From a virus (taxonomy: Duplodnaviria; Caudoviricetes): a DNA stretch of 30,456 nucleotides. The DNA lies in IMG/VR virus record IMGVR_UViG_3300014208_000102, positions 1 through 30,456 of that record; one strand, written 5' to 3'. Below the pieces are notes generated by a model that saw only the letters and a program-made list of their open reading frames with translations, was not told the DNA's origin and did not search any database. The translations under genes and the position numbers were made by a program. Below, one piece after another: positions 1 through 6,472 of the stretch (its first letter is position 1; each line of letters opens with the position of its first letter).

Positions 1-187
1 CCCAAGCGGCGTCTACGGCGGTAAGGGCGTCACGGTAGCCATGCTTATACGGTGCTATATGAGAATGGGCAGGAGTTCCCACCCTGACCGCTTGGCGGAC
101 TTCTTTTATAAGCGAAATAATATCTTTTCTAAGGTTTGTGGTCGGTTGTCCGATATTCTTTTTTATTAACTCGTCTAATTCACTCAT
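1..187 (-). CDS. Hypothetical protein, runs off the left edge (partial)
   Basis: Read manually: ATG at 187, 2 nt after the stop of the upstream ORF, open to position 1 (MSELDELIKKNIGQPTTNLRKDIISLIKEVRQ...DAAW). Confidence 0.6.
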   Translation of the reverse strand, partial: MSELDELIKKNIGQPTTNLRKDIISLIKEVRQAVRVGTPAHSHIAPYKHGYRDALTAVDAAW

Positions 188-189
188 GT

Positions 190-378
190 TTATTGCTCCT
201 TACTGTGTACTGTAACTTGAATTGTTTTATTTCTTAATTCTGGAGGAACTTCTATTCTAACTTTATAGGTACTATGGCAGGTCATTGGCGGAACTAAACC
301 GACGCTTAATTGCGATGGAATTGCCCATTCGACTATGGGACGGTCTAATCTTATAGAAAACTGATAAAGTTTATTCAT
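190..378 (-). CDS. Hypothetical protein (62 aa)
   Basis: The ORF track gives 190..432, but the ATG at 378 overlaps the stop of 375..767 (ATGA) and follows a purine-rich GGGGAAG, so the start is placed at 378. Confidence 0.55.
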   Translation of the reverse strand: MNKLYQFSIRLDRPIVEWAIPSQLSVGLVPPMTCHSTYKVRIEVPPELRNKTIQVTVHSKEQ

Positions 379-767
379 TCTTCCCCATCTCCTTTTTGGG
401 TGGCTGACCATTGGGTGGCCATCAAGACGCACCCGGTTGGAACTTCAAACGGGTATTGAATGCGGAGACCGTCGGTGGTCGTGCGCTCTTGTAAACCGTC
501 CAGGACAAACGGATTAACCCTGTTTTTGCTAATCTTGAGTATCCCGGCTCTTATATCGGCGTAATGATGGATCGGCTGGTTAAAGCTGTTTTTGGAGTGG
601 ATAGCACCACCAGCCAGCGAAAGGTTGCGGATTTTAACGCTACATTTGCCCTCTGATATGATGGTTGCTCCGTGAGCAAGCTTAACGGACGGATCGATAT
701 CAAGGTAGCCCGATACCGATATTCTTATCTTTGGGGTAATGGCGTTAACTATTGATGAGATTTTCAT
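375..767 (-). CDS. Hypothetical protein (130 aa), downstream of the Com-like gene
   Basis: ORF with GGGG just upstream of the ATG, co-oriented in the operon. No recognised motif. Confidence 0.65.
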   Translation of the reverse strand: MKISSIVNAITPKIRISVSGYLDIDPSVKLAHGATIISEGKCSVKIRNLSLAGGAIHSKNSFNQPIHHYADIRAGILKISKNRVNPFVLDGLQERTTTDGLRIQYPFEVPTGCVLMATQWSATQKGDGEE

Positions 768-770
768 TTT

Positions 771-848
771 ACCCCAATCGCCCCAGGGTCTGCCAGCCTG
801 GGGTGAACAATCGTGCCTATGGTTCTATGGCATAAAGCCTCGGCAGAC
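771..848 (-). promoter_or_regulatory. Structured intergenic RNA with alternative pairings over the RBS of ORF 375..767
   Basis: On the minus strand CACCCCAGG (805-797) pairs with CCUGGGGCG (787-779). GUCUGCC (848-842) is complementary to the loop GGCAGAC (794-788). CCAUAG is repeated at 830-825 and 822-817. Confidence 0.5.
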
Positions 849-1052
849 TTATTTAACATTGAAATGTTTCCTTTCGTAGCGACCCTGGACATGTTCAGAC
901 GGCGGAGCGGATAACGACGTAACCCCAAAACGACTAACGACTAAAGCTTTACACTTAGGGCATTTGCTTTCTATCTCGCCTATTCCATCGCTTCGGCAAA
1001 GAAGCCGATTACAAGCCGGACACCTCATTTGGAAATTATAGTTGTTGTTCAT
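849..1052 (-). CDS. Mu Com-like zinc-finger regulator
   Basis: RCPACNRLL...IESKCPKCK matches the Com family pattern (RCxxCxxLL...IEIKCPRC). Small size and ATGA-type coupling to the upstream gene. Confidence 0.75.
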   Translation of the reverse strand: MNNNYNFQMRCPACNRLLCRSDGIGEIESKCPKCKALVVSRFGVTSLSAPPSEHVQGRYERKHFNVK

Positions 1053-2158
1053 GTTAATTTTATTGGTTCCTTATAACTTTCCATGCCATTTCGCCAGGCA
1101 AGGGCATGATGAACAGTTTTGCAGTTCTCATGCACTCCCTCAAGATGATATAGATCAACGCTGGGGTTTTTCATCTTTAGATATGGCGCAGGGCCGTCTA
1201 GCGACAAGACCGTTTTCATGTCGATTAGTTCGTAATTTCCCCAACTATCCAACACTTTGCCGTGTTCACAGAGGCGATCTATCCCTATTTTCCTGATAAA
1301 TTCGCGTCGAACATCGACATTCTCGAGTTCTTTTCTTTTTAGGTCTTCGGCTTTTAGGGCGTCGCTTTTCGTTTCGACCAGCCACTTGGGAACTCTTATC
1401 CCGTTAAGCGCGTAGACACAGAAGCCGTCTCGATATAATACGGCAGGCCCGTTTTGGCTATGCAATCCTAAATCATTTTTAATAATTTTTTCTGGCTTAT
1501 CGCTTATAATAATTATATTTTTCAGTGGATAAAACAAGCCAATGTCCTTTAATGATAAAAACCACCTTATTTTATCTGTATTGACAAATTTTAATCCTAA
1601 ATATTCATAATAACTAATATACGCAAGATATCCCGACCACCAATGACCATCTATATACGGCCAAACAAAGGCGCGAACCTGGTCGCGAACCTGGTTGTAA
1701 ACCTGGGCGTCAACCTGGGCAACCTGGTCGCGAACCTGGTTGTAAACCTGGTCGCCAACCTGGGCAACCTGGGCGTCAACCTGGGCAACCTGGGCGTCAA
1801 CCTGGTCGCGAACCTGGTCGCCAACCTGGGCAACCTGGTCGCGAACCTGGTTGTAAACCTGGTCGCCAACCTGGGCAACCTGGGCAACCTGGTCGCGAAC
1901 CTGGTCGCGAACCTGGTCGTAAACCTGGGCGTCAAACTGGTCGCTAAACATACAAGCCGCCAACCAAGCAGATAAAGGAGATGGCAACACAACAACCGGG
2001 GCCTTGTTCCTTTTGGCTATTTTTTCGCAATAAAAATCACTTATTTCTATTGCCTTTTTCTTGTCAACAGGATCGCAATTGAGCCCAATATCAACCCATT
2101 TTTTTACAAATAAAGGAATTTCTTTTATCTGTTCATCGGTAAGTTTTTCAATTTTCAT
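1049..2158 (-). CDS. DUF6745-like protein with internal QVxx repeats
   Basis: N-terminal KIEKLTDEQ...KW...PSPL, central VRDQ-type repeats, C-terminal LHSQNGPAVLYRDGFCVYALNGIRVP...NVDVRREFIRKIG...LKMKNPS...ALAW. Confidence 0.75.
   Translation of the reverse strand: MKIEKLTDEQIKEIPLFVKKWVDIGLNCDPVDKKKAIEISDFYCEKIAKRNKAPVVVLPSPLSAWLAACMFSDQFDAQVYDQVRDQVRDQVAQVAQVGDQVYNQVRDQVAQVGDQVRDQVDAQVAQVDAQVAQVGDQVYNQVRDQVAQVDAQVYNQVRDQVRAFVWPYIDGHWWSGYLAYISYYEYLGLKFVNTDKIRWFLSLKDIGLFYPLKNIIIISDKPEKIIKNDLGLHSQNGPAVLYRDGFCVYALNGIRVPKWLVETKSDALKAEDLKRKELENVDVRREFIRKIGIDRLCEHGKVLDSWGNYELIDMKTVLSLDGPAPYLKMKNPSVDLYHLEGVHENCKTVHHALAWRNGMESYKEPIKLT
1673..1943 (-). repeat. Coding tandem array of 9- and 12-bp units sharing CAGGTT
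   Basis: Units CAGGTTCGCGAC, CAGGTTGACGCC, CAGGTTTACAAC, CAGGTTGGCGAC and CAGGTTGCC in mixed order (QVRD/QVDA/QVYN/QVGD/QVA). Confidence 0.95.
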
Positions 2159-2478
2159 TAGTCCATTACCTTCCTAGTCATTTTATTGAAATGATCCCGC
2201 TCTCTAACCTGATAGACCTCGTAATCTCCCGGCTCGACGATAATAACGTGGTGCTCCTCGTGAGTAACCGGGGCAGGTGCGGTCTTAACTCTAAGATATA
2301 TTTTGCCCTCATATTCCAAAAGATCGATATGCTTATCCGCCTTAATTTTGTGGGCATGGCCCGACACTTCCCCGTCGGCCAGGATATAGTCATTGCCCCT
2401 AACTCTTTCTGATTTTTTGGCTCCTGCCGGGATTGTCGCCTGTCTAAGAATAACGTCGCCCTGTTGATAATAATTCAT
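2158..2478 (-). CDS. Conserved small His-rich phage protein (QQGDV...GEVSGHAH...HEEH), usual partner of DUF6745-like genes
   Basis: Motifs YQQGDV, LADGEVSGHAH, VTHEEH, PGDYEVYQVRE. AGGAG RBS. The stop overlaps the next start (TAATG). Confidence 0.75.
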   Translation of the reverse strand: MNYYQQGDVILRQATIPAGAKKSERVRGNDYILADGEVSGHAHKIKADKHIDLLEYEGKIYLRVKTAPAPVTHEEHHVIIVEPGDYEVYQVRERDHFNKMTRKVMD

Positions 2479-2494
2479 TTTTTTATCTCCTTTT

Positions 2495-3244
2495 TTAAAA
2501 TGGCGAATCTTGGCTCTCGACCAACTCTTCTGTTTTCGGCGGCTGTTCTTTTTCGACCTTGCTCGCCGTGCGGCCGTACATTGAGTTCGAAACTCCGGTA
2601 AAAATCAAAACGTCTCCGGTTTTGACCTCTTTCTTGCCGCCGAAAACGGAAATAAATTGTTTCGATCCCTCAACCTCGACGATGTAGGTTGTTTTTGCCC
2701 AGGGGCCTCGTGCGCTGGTACCGTTTTTTTCGGTTGCGTCGAGATAAACGCCAACAATTTTGTCGGCTACCGGAGTGGTGGCTGGCTTGGCCTGTTCAGC
2801 AATTTTTTCGGCTCTTTTGACGTTGCTTTCGGTGATTGTGGGTTCTTTAATTGGCTCTTTTTTCTGCGGGACGGAGGCCAGATTGCCGTCGTCGTCGTCA
2901 TCGGCGGCGACTCCGAGGATAGCGGCCAATGCGTACCGCCTAGCATAGGATAATGCCGACCCCATCCCCTGCGGGTCGGATTTAACCGGTTTAATTTTTA
3001 TGGTCGATCTAATTTCCTGGCCTCCTCTTGCTAACACCGTATCGATCACAGCAAAATCAGGATCGGGGACGATAATCTGATAACAGGCGATCCCCTGCTC
3101 GGTAAGGGCCGGGCGGGTTGCCTCAATAATTGCGGCCAGGTCGGCGTAGCGACTCCCAAAATATGGGTTAGAGCAATTTTTTTTGATCGGCTTAAAATTT
3201 ATCTGGGCTTGGCAAAGAGCGTCGGCGATAGTTTTATCTGTCAT
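2495..3244 (-). CDS. erf: ERF-family single-strand annealing protein with C-terminal OB-fold/SSB-like extension
   Basis: NPYFGSRYADLAAI and DPQGMGSALSYARRYALAAILGVAADDDDDGN are ERF signatures. The C-terminal region is beta-rich and ends ESQDSPF. Confidence 0.88.
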   Translation of the reverse strand: MTDKTIADALCQAQINFKPIKKNCSNPYFGSRYADLAAIIEATRPALTEQGIACYQIIVPDPDFAVIDTVLARGGQEIRSTIKIKPVKSDPQGMGSALSYARRYALAAILGVAADDDDDGNLASVPQKKEPIKEPTITESNVKRAEKIAEQAKPATTPVADKIVGVYLDATEKNGTSARGPWAKTTYIVEVEGSKQFISVFGGKKEVKTGDVLIFTGVSNSMYGRTASKVEKEQPPKTEELVESQDSPF

Positions 3245-3374
3245 TTTTTTCCTCCTTTTTCTTCTCTTTTTCTTTGGCTTCTATTATGCGATCGTATTCC
3301 CGTTCTTTTTCTGCGCATAATTCTGGCCACGTAAACGTAGATTTTCCAGCCGGATTAAAATTTTCTCCCCTCAT
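3234..3374 (-). CDS. Hypothetical protein (46 aa, charged)
   Basis: In-frame ATG at 3374 follows AAGGAGG and the stop of 3376..3618. Preferred over the track start at 3425. Confidence 0.55.
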   Translation of the reverse strand: MRGENFNPAGKSTFTWPELCAEKEREYDRIIEAKEKEKKKEEKNDR

Positions 3375-3375
3375 T

Positions 3376-3618
3376 TTAATTAACCTCCTTATTTTCTGCT
3401 GGTCCAAAAGTTTCCAAAAATTCAAAACATTTTTTTAATTCGTTTTCCGTCAGTCTTCTTTTTTCTTTAATTCTGTGCGGTTTCTCGTCGAGTTCCCTCG
3501 CCCTCGCCAAAAGAGCGTTGCGCTCTAGCAGTTGCTCCGGGGTAAGGTCAAGGCCTTCAAATTCTTGGCGAGCGACTTTGTTCCAGTCAATGCGAGTGGT
3601 CTGGTTAGAGTAGGTCAT
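3376..3618 (-). CDS. Hypothetical protein (80 aa)
   Basis: ATGA overlap with the upstream gene, AAGGA RBS, helical charged sequence. Confidence 0.65.
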   Translation of the reverse strand: MTYSNQTTRIDWNKVARQEFEGLDLTPEQLLERNALLARARELDEKPHRIKEKRRLTENELKKCFEFLETFGPAENKEVN

Positions 3619-4196
3619 TTTTTATCCTTTATTTTCAATTTACCATCAAGACAAATTGGAGCGCGATGTTTTTCTCTTTTTGCCTTTATTGACAAGCAGG
3701 CGATGGATTTATATACGCAGCAAAACGCATAATATAATATGTCCCCGGCGGTGATGTTCCAGGCGGTGATGTCCCTGGCGGTGATGTTCCCGGCGTTGAT
3801 GTCCCTGGCGGTGATGTCCCTGGCGGTGATGTCCCAGGCGTTGATGTTCCAGGCGGTGATGTTCCCGGCGGTGATGTCCCTGGCGTTGATGTCCCTGGCG
3901 TTGATGTCCCAGGCGGTGATGTCCCTGGCGGTGATGTTCCCGGCGTTGATGTTCCAGGCGGTGATGTCCCTGGCGTTGATGTCCCCGGCGTTGATGTCCC
4001 TGGCGGTGATGTCCCAGGCGTTGATGTCCCAGGCGTTGATGTCCCTGGCGTTGATGTCCCAGGCGGTGATGTCCCCCATAACTTTTATTGACGCCTTAAT
4101 TTGAATTGAACATTCAAAAGTTACATCTTCTTTTATAGCTAAGACTCCGTCTTTTATATCGGCTTCGACTTCGGCTTGTGTTTTATATGTTTTCAT
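3615..4196 (-). CDS. Pentapeptide-repeat (beta-helix/bactofilin-like) protein
   Basis: 22 consecutive [DN]I[TN]A[WRG] units flanked by unique caps. GAGGAG RBS. Confidence 0.8.
   Translation of the reverse strand: MKTYKTQAEVEADIKDGVLAIKEDVTFECSIQIKASIKVMGDITAWDINARDINAWDINAWDITARDINAGDINARDITAWNINAGNITARDITAWDINARDINARDITAGNITAWNINAWDITARDITARDINAGNITARDITAWNITAGDILYYAFCCVYKSIACLSIKAKREKHRAPICLDGKLKIKDKK
3744..4073 (-). repeat. 22 x 15-bp coding tandem repeat RAC ATC AMC GCC DGG
   Basis: 330 bp counted. Only unit positions 1 (G/A), 8 (C/A) and 13 (T/A/G) vary. Confidence 0.97.
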
Positions 4197-4315
4197 TTTT
4201 TCTCCTCCTCTATTTTGTAGCCTTCTAGGGCTTCAATTATATTTATCCAATCTGGCCCAAAAAGGTCTTCAGGGTCTTCCCCAGTTAATTCTCTTATCTC
4301 TTCTTTTGTCGTCAT
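4193..4315 (-). CDS. Small acidic hypothetical protein (40 aa), absent from the ORF track
   Basis: MTTKEEIRELTGEDPEDLFGPDWINIIEALEGYKIEEEKK. GGAGG RBS and ATGA overlaps at both ends. Confidence 0.65.
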   Translation of the reverse strand: MTTKEEIRELTGEDPEDLFGPDWINIIEALEGYKIEEEKK

Positions 4316-4428
4316 AGCGACAATCCTCCCATGTCTATAATTTGTTTGACGGTCATTGAGCCTAAAAGTAGTCTATGCCAACGCCACCAGGAGCGATGGT
4401 TAGCGATTGATAATCTATTATTTAGCAT
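4312..4428 (-). CDS. Small hypothetical protein (38 aa), absent from the ORF track
   Basis: MLNNRLSIANHRSWWRWHRLLLGSMTVKQIIDMGGLSL. GGAGGG upstream. Exactly fills the gap between its neighbours. Confidence 0.5.
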   Translation of the reverse strand: MLNNRLSIANHRSWWRWHRLLLGSMTVKQIIDMGGLSL

Positions 4429-4663
4429 TCACCCTCCGGCTGGCGTAGGACTCAAGCCAGCGTTGCCCTCGGTTAATGCGGGAAACAAAGCGAACGTAGT
4501 CCTCAACTTTGTGCTTGCGGTATTCGTCGTAGGGGATAGGCTTAGTATTATTTTGTTTATCGTCTGTAGATTGTAAAAAGGCCCAAACAAAAAAAGCGAT
4601 GGTTCCTAGCTGTAGGATCGAGGTAATAACTTGGGAAACGTATTCATTAATCATTTTTAACAA
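4418..4663 (-). CDS. Small membrane protein (one TM helix)
   Basis: Hydrophobic VITSILQLGTIAFFVWAFL. GAGGAG upstream. The start could instead be the ATG at 4654. Confidence 0.6.
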   Translation of the reverse strand: MLKMINEYVSQVITSILQLGTIAFFVWAFLQSTDDKQNNTKPIPYDEYRKHKVEDYVRFVSRINRGQRWLESYASRRVNAK

Positions 4664-4702
4664 CTCCTCGGTATTAATTTTCGATCATTAGGGCCGTAAT
4701 GG

Positions 4703-4786
4703 TCATTGAGCAATCATGTCGGCTAAGTCCAGCTCGTCCGTTACTGTTTGCTCTTCGGCTATCTTGATCGCTTCGCTCTCGGTCAT
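4703..4786 (-). CDS. Small acidic peptide (27 aa), first ORF after the early promoter
   Basis: MTESEAIKIAEEQTVTDELDLADMIAQ preceded by a near-perfect GGAGGTGA RBS. Confidence 0.55.
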   Translation of the reverse strand: MTESEAIKIAEEQTVTDELDLADMIAQ

Positions 4787-4829
4787 TTTTTATCACCTCC
4801 ACAGGGGTGTATTTCAATCGCTAATAAAC

Positions 4830-4858
4830 ATTGTACAGGAAGTGGTTTTACTTGTCAA
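4830..4858 (-). promoter_or_regulatory. Strong sigma70-type leftward promoter of the early operon
   Basis: TTGACA (4858-4853), 17-bp spacer, TACAAT (4835-4830) on the minus strand, in an intergenic gap. Confidence 0.8.
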
Positions 4859-4874
4859 GTGTTATTTTTGTCGT

Positions 4875-5057
4875 CTAATTGTTATCTTTATTGGCGTTGA
4901 TTATCTGACTATTGACATTGCCGGACAGGATTATTTTAGACTGTTGTTGTTTGATCGCTTCGTCGATAAACTTATACTCTTTGGCGCACCATTGCTTATA
5001 CTCGTGCATTTCATTGGGCGTGGCGTTAGGGTTGTTGGTCAAAAATTCACTTAGCAT
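4875..5057 (-). CDS. Hypothetical protein (60 aa)
   Basis: Overlaps the end of the RHH gene and is co-oriented. No motif. Confidence 0.5.
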   Translation of the reverse strand: MLSEFLTNNPNATPNEMHEYKQWCAKEYKFIDEAIKQQQSKIILSGNVNSQIINANKDNN

Positions 5058-5247
5058 TGGCGTCCGCCTTCAATTTAATCCCGCCGTCGTCTTTAACTTT
5101 CTCGACGTACAGCTCCAAGGCGTTCTCATAAATCCGCACCAGCGATAATCCGGTTGCTTGCTTGAGCCACTTGGACATTCCGAGGACGTTTTCATTTGGC
5201 TTGAACGACTGCCCTTTTCTGGTGTCTTTCTTTTTTTCGTTTGGCAT
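5047..5247 (-). CDS. Ribbon-helix-helix (Arc/CopG-like) transcriptional regulator
   Basis: Basic N-terminus, strand KGQSFKP, helix, TGLS turn, helix LVRIYENALELYV. AAGGAG RBS. Confidence 0.6.
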   Translation of the reverse strand: MPNEKKKDTRKGQSFKPNENVLGMSKWLKQATGLSLVRIYENALELYVEKVKDDGGIKLKADANAK

Positions 5248-5311
5248 TTTTGCTCCTTTGTTTTATGCAATGCTTACAGATACGAGGCTCGTAGCATTTC
5301 ATTGCTTGCAG

Positions 5312-5341
5312 ATATTAGCATTATTAGCATAGGCTTGTCAA
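5312..5341 (-). promoter_or_regulatory. Leftward promoter of the RHH gene overlapped by TAGCAT repeats
   Basis: TTGACA (5341-5336), 18 bp, TGcTAATAT (5320-5312). TAGCAT on the + strand at 5292, 5316 and 5325. Confidence 0.6.
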
Positions 5342-5376
5342 GGGAAGTAGGTGGTTTACAATTAGTAAATAGATAC

Positions 5377-5405
5377 TTTACAATCGAGTTTTAGAATGAT
5401 ACAAT
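5377..5405 (+). promoter_or_regulatory. Rightward sigma70-type promoter of the replication genes
   Basis: TTTACA (5377-5382), 17 bp, extended -10 TGaTACAAT (5397-5405). A second overlapping TTTACA-18-TACAAT lies at 5355-5384. Confidence 0.7.
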
Positions 5406-5411
5406 GCGACT

Positions 5412-5560
5412 GTGAAAATACAACATTGCAATCTGTCAATCTTTTCATCAACAAAAAAAGCCCACGGAGTTTGCTTCACGCAATGTTGTTTTCGCCGTGG
5501 GTTAGGTGCGCCCCAGGACTAGCTCCATGAGTTAGACCCCGGGGCGTACTGCTTTCTAAG
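5412..5560 (+). ncRNA. Structured 5' leader (candidate cis/antisense regulatory RNA) upstream of the primase
   Basis: 5414-5429 is complementary to 5480-5493. The latter lies inside hairpin 5460-5467/5495-5502. A second hairpin 5506-5514/5541-5549 has an inner stem 5519-5525/5529-5535. Confidence 0.55.
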
Positions 5561-5569
5561 GGAGGATTT

Positions 5570-6472
5570 ATGCGGCGGCATTTTATGGAGAAAAACTTTG
5601 ACAATAGTCATTGGCAATCTCTTGACCGGCGGCAAGCGACTGACAGACAGAGGGGAGACGAAACGATCTTAGAGGTTTGCCCTTTTTGCGGAAAACGGTA
5701 TCACTGTTACGTTAATAAAGGAAAAGGGGTTTTCGTTTGCCACGCTTGCGGAGAAAAAGGGCAGATAGCAAGACTTGGACTCGGCCCACTTCCCCCGACC
5801 TTTGCCCCTCGTGATCCTCTCCCAGAAAATAAATACTTCAAGAAATGCTCTTTTATCTACAGTTATTTTGACGGCAAAACCGTTAGCGACCCTCTTCGGT
5901 TCAGAATTATTAAACCAGGCGTCCGGGAGGAGTTGCTGGAAGACCCGGCCTATGGAGTAGAGCGGCTTAAAGAGAATGAGTGTGCCTATTATTATATTAA
6001 AGTTGTTCGCCGAATAAAGCCCGAAACTATCGAGTTTTTTCAGATAGGACTAGACCTCCAGGGCAATCTTCAATTTCCTTTTTTTAACGAACATGGCTTG
6101 CTCGTCGGCTATAAATACCGGGCAATTCCGCCAAGAGATAAGATGATGTGGCGCACTAAAGGCGCCGATCTTTGTCTTTTTAACATTCAAAACGTCTTAA
6201 AAGAACAGAAAGTTTATATAACAGAGGGGGAAATTGATTGTCTTGGGCTTTGGCAAGCGGGTTGTTTTTCAGTTGCCAACCCGTTAGGCGCAATGGGGTG
6301 GAATGACGATTGGAACAAATTTCTGGACAAAAAAGAGATAGTGGTTGTCTACGACAACGATAAGGCGGGGCAAATGGGGGCAGAAAAGCTGTCAAAGAGG
6401 CTAAAAGGAGAAGTAAAGGTTTTAAGTTTGCAGGAAGTAAAAAACTGGCAAAACCTAAAGGAGAAAAAATGA
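5570..6472 (+). CDS. Zn-finger + Toprim DNA primase (T7 gp4/Twinkle-like primase region)
   Basis: CPFC...CHAC zinc finger, FPFF...VGYKYR, LFN, ITEGEIDCL, VVVYDNDKAGQMGA. GGAGG RBS. Confidence 0.88.
   Translation: MRRHFMEKNFDNSHWQSLDRRQATDRQRGDETILEVCPFCGKRYHCYVNKGKGVFVCHACGEKGQIARLGLGPLPPTFAPRDPLPENKYFKKCSFIYSYFDGKTVSDPLRFRIIKPGVREELLEDPAYGVERLKENECAYYYIKVVRRIKPETIEFFQIGLDLQGNLQFPFFNEHGLLVGYKYRAIPPRDKMMWRTKGADLCLFNIQNVLKEQKVYITEGEIDCLGLWQAGCFSVANPLGAMGWNDDWNKFLDKKEIVVVYDNDKAGQMGAEKLSKRLKGEVKVLSLQEVKNWQNLKEKK

Noticed and set aside
1643-1995. ORFs 1643..1975 (+) and 1651..1995 (-) over the QV repeat
   Set aside because: Shadow frames kept open by a stop-free tandem repeat inside a well-supported gene.
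3744-4073. CRISPR array or DGR variable region
   Set aside because: Units are contiguous with no unique spacers. No RT or separate template repeat is in the window, and several adenines in the unit are invariant.
3739-4104. ORF 3739..4104 (+) with MSLAV-type repeats
   Set aside because: Antisense shadow of the 15-bp repeat, with no RBS or unique domain.
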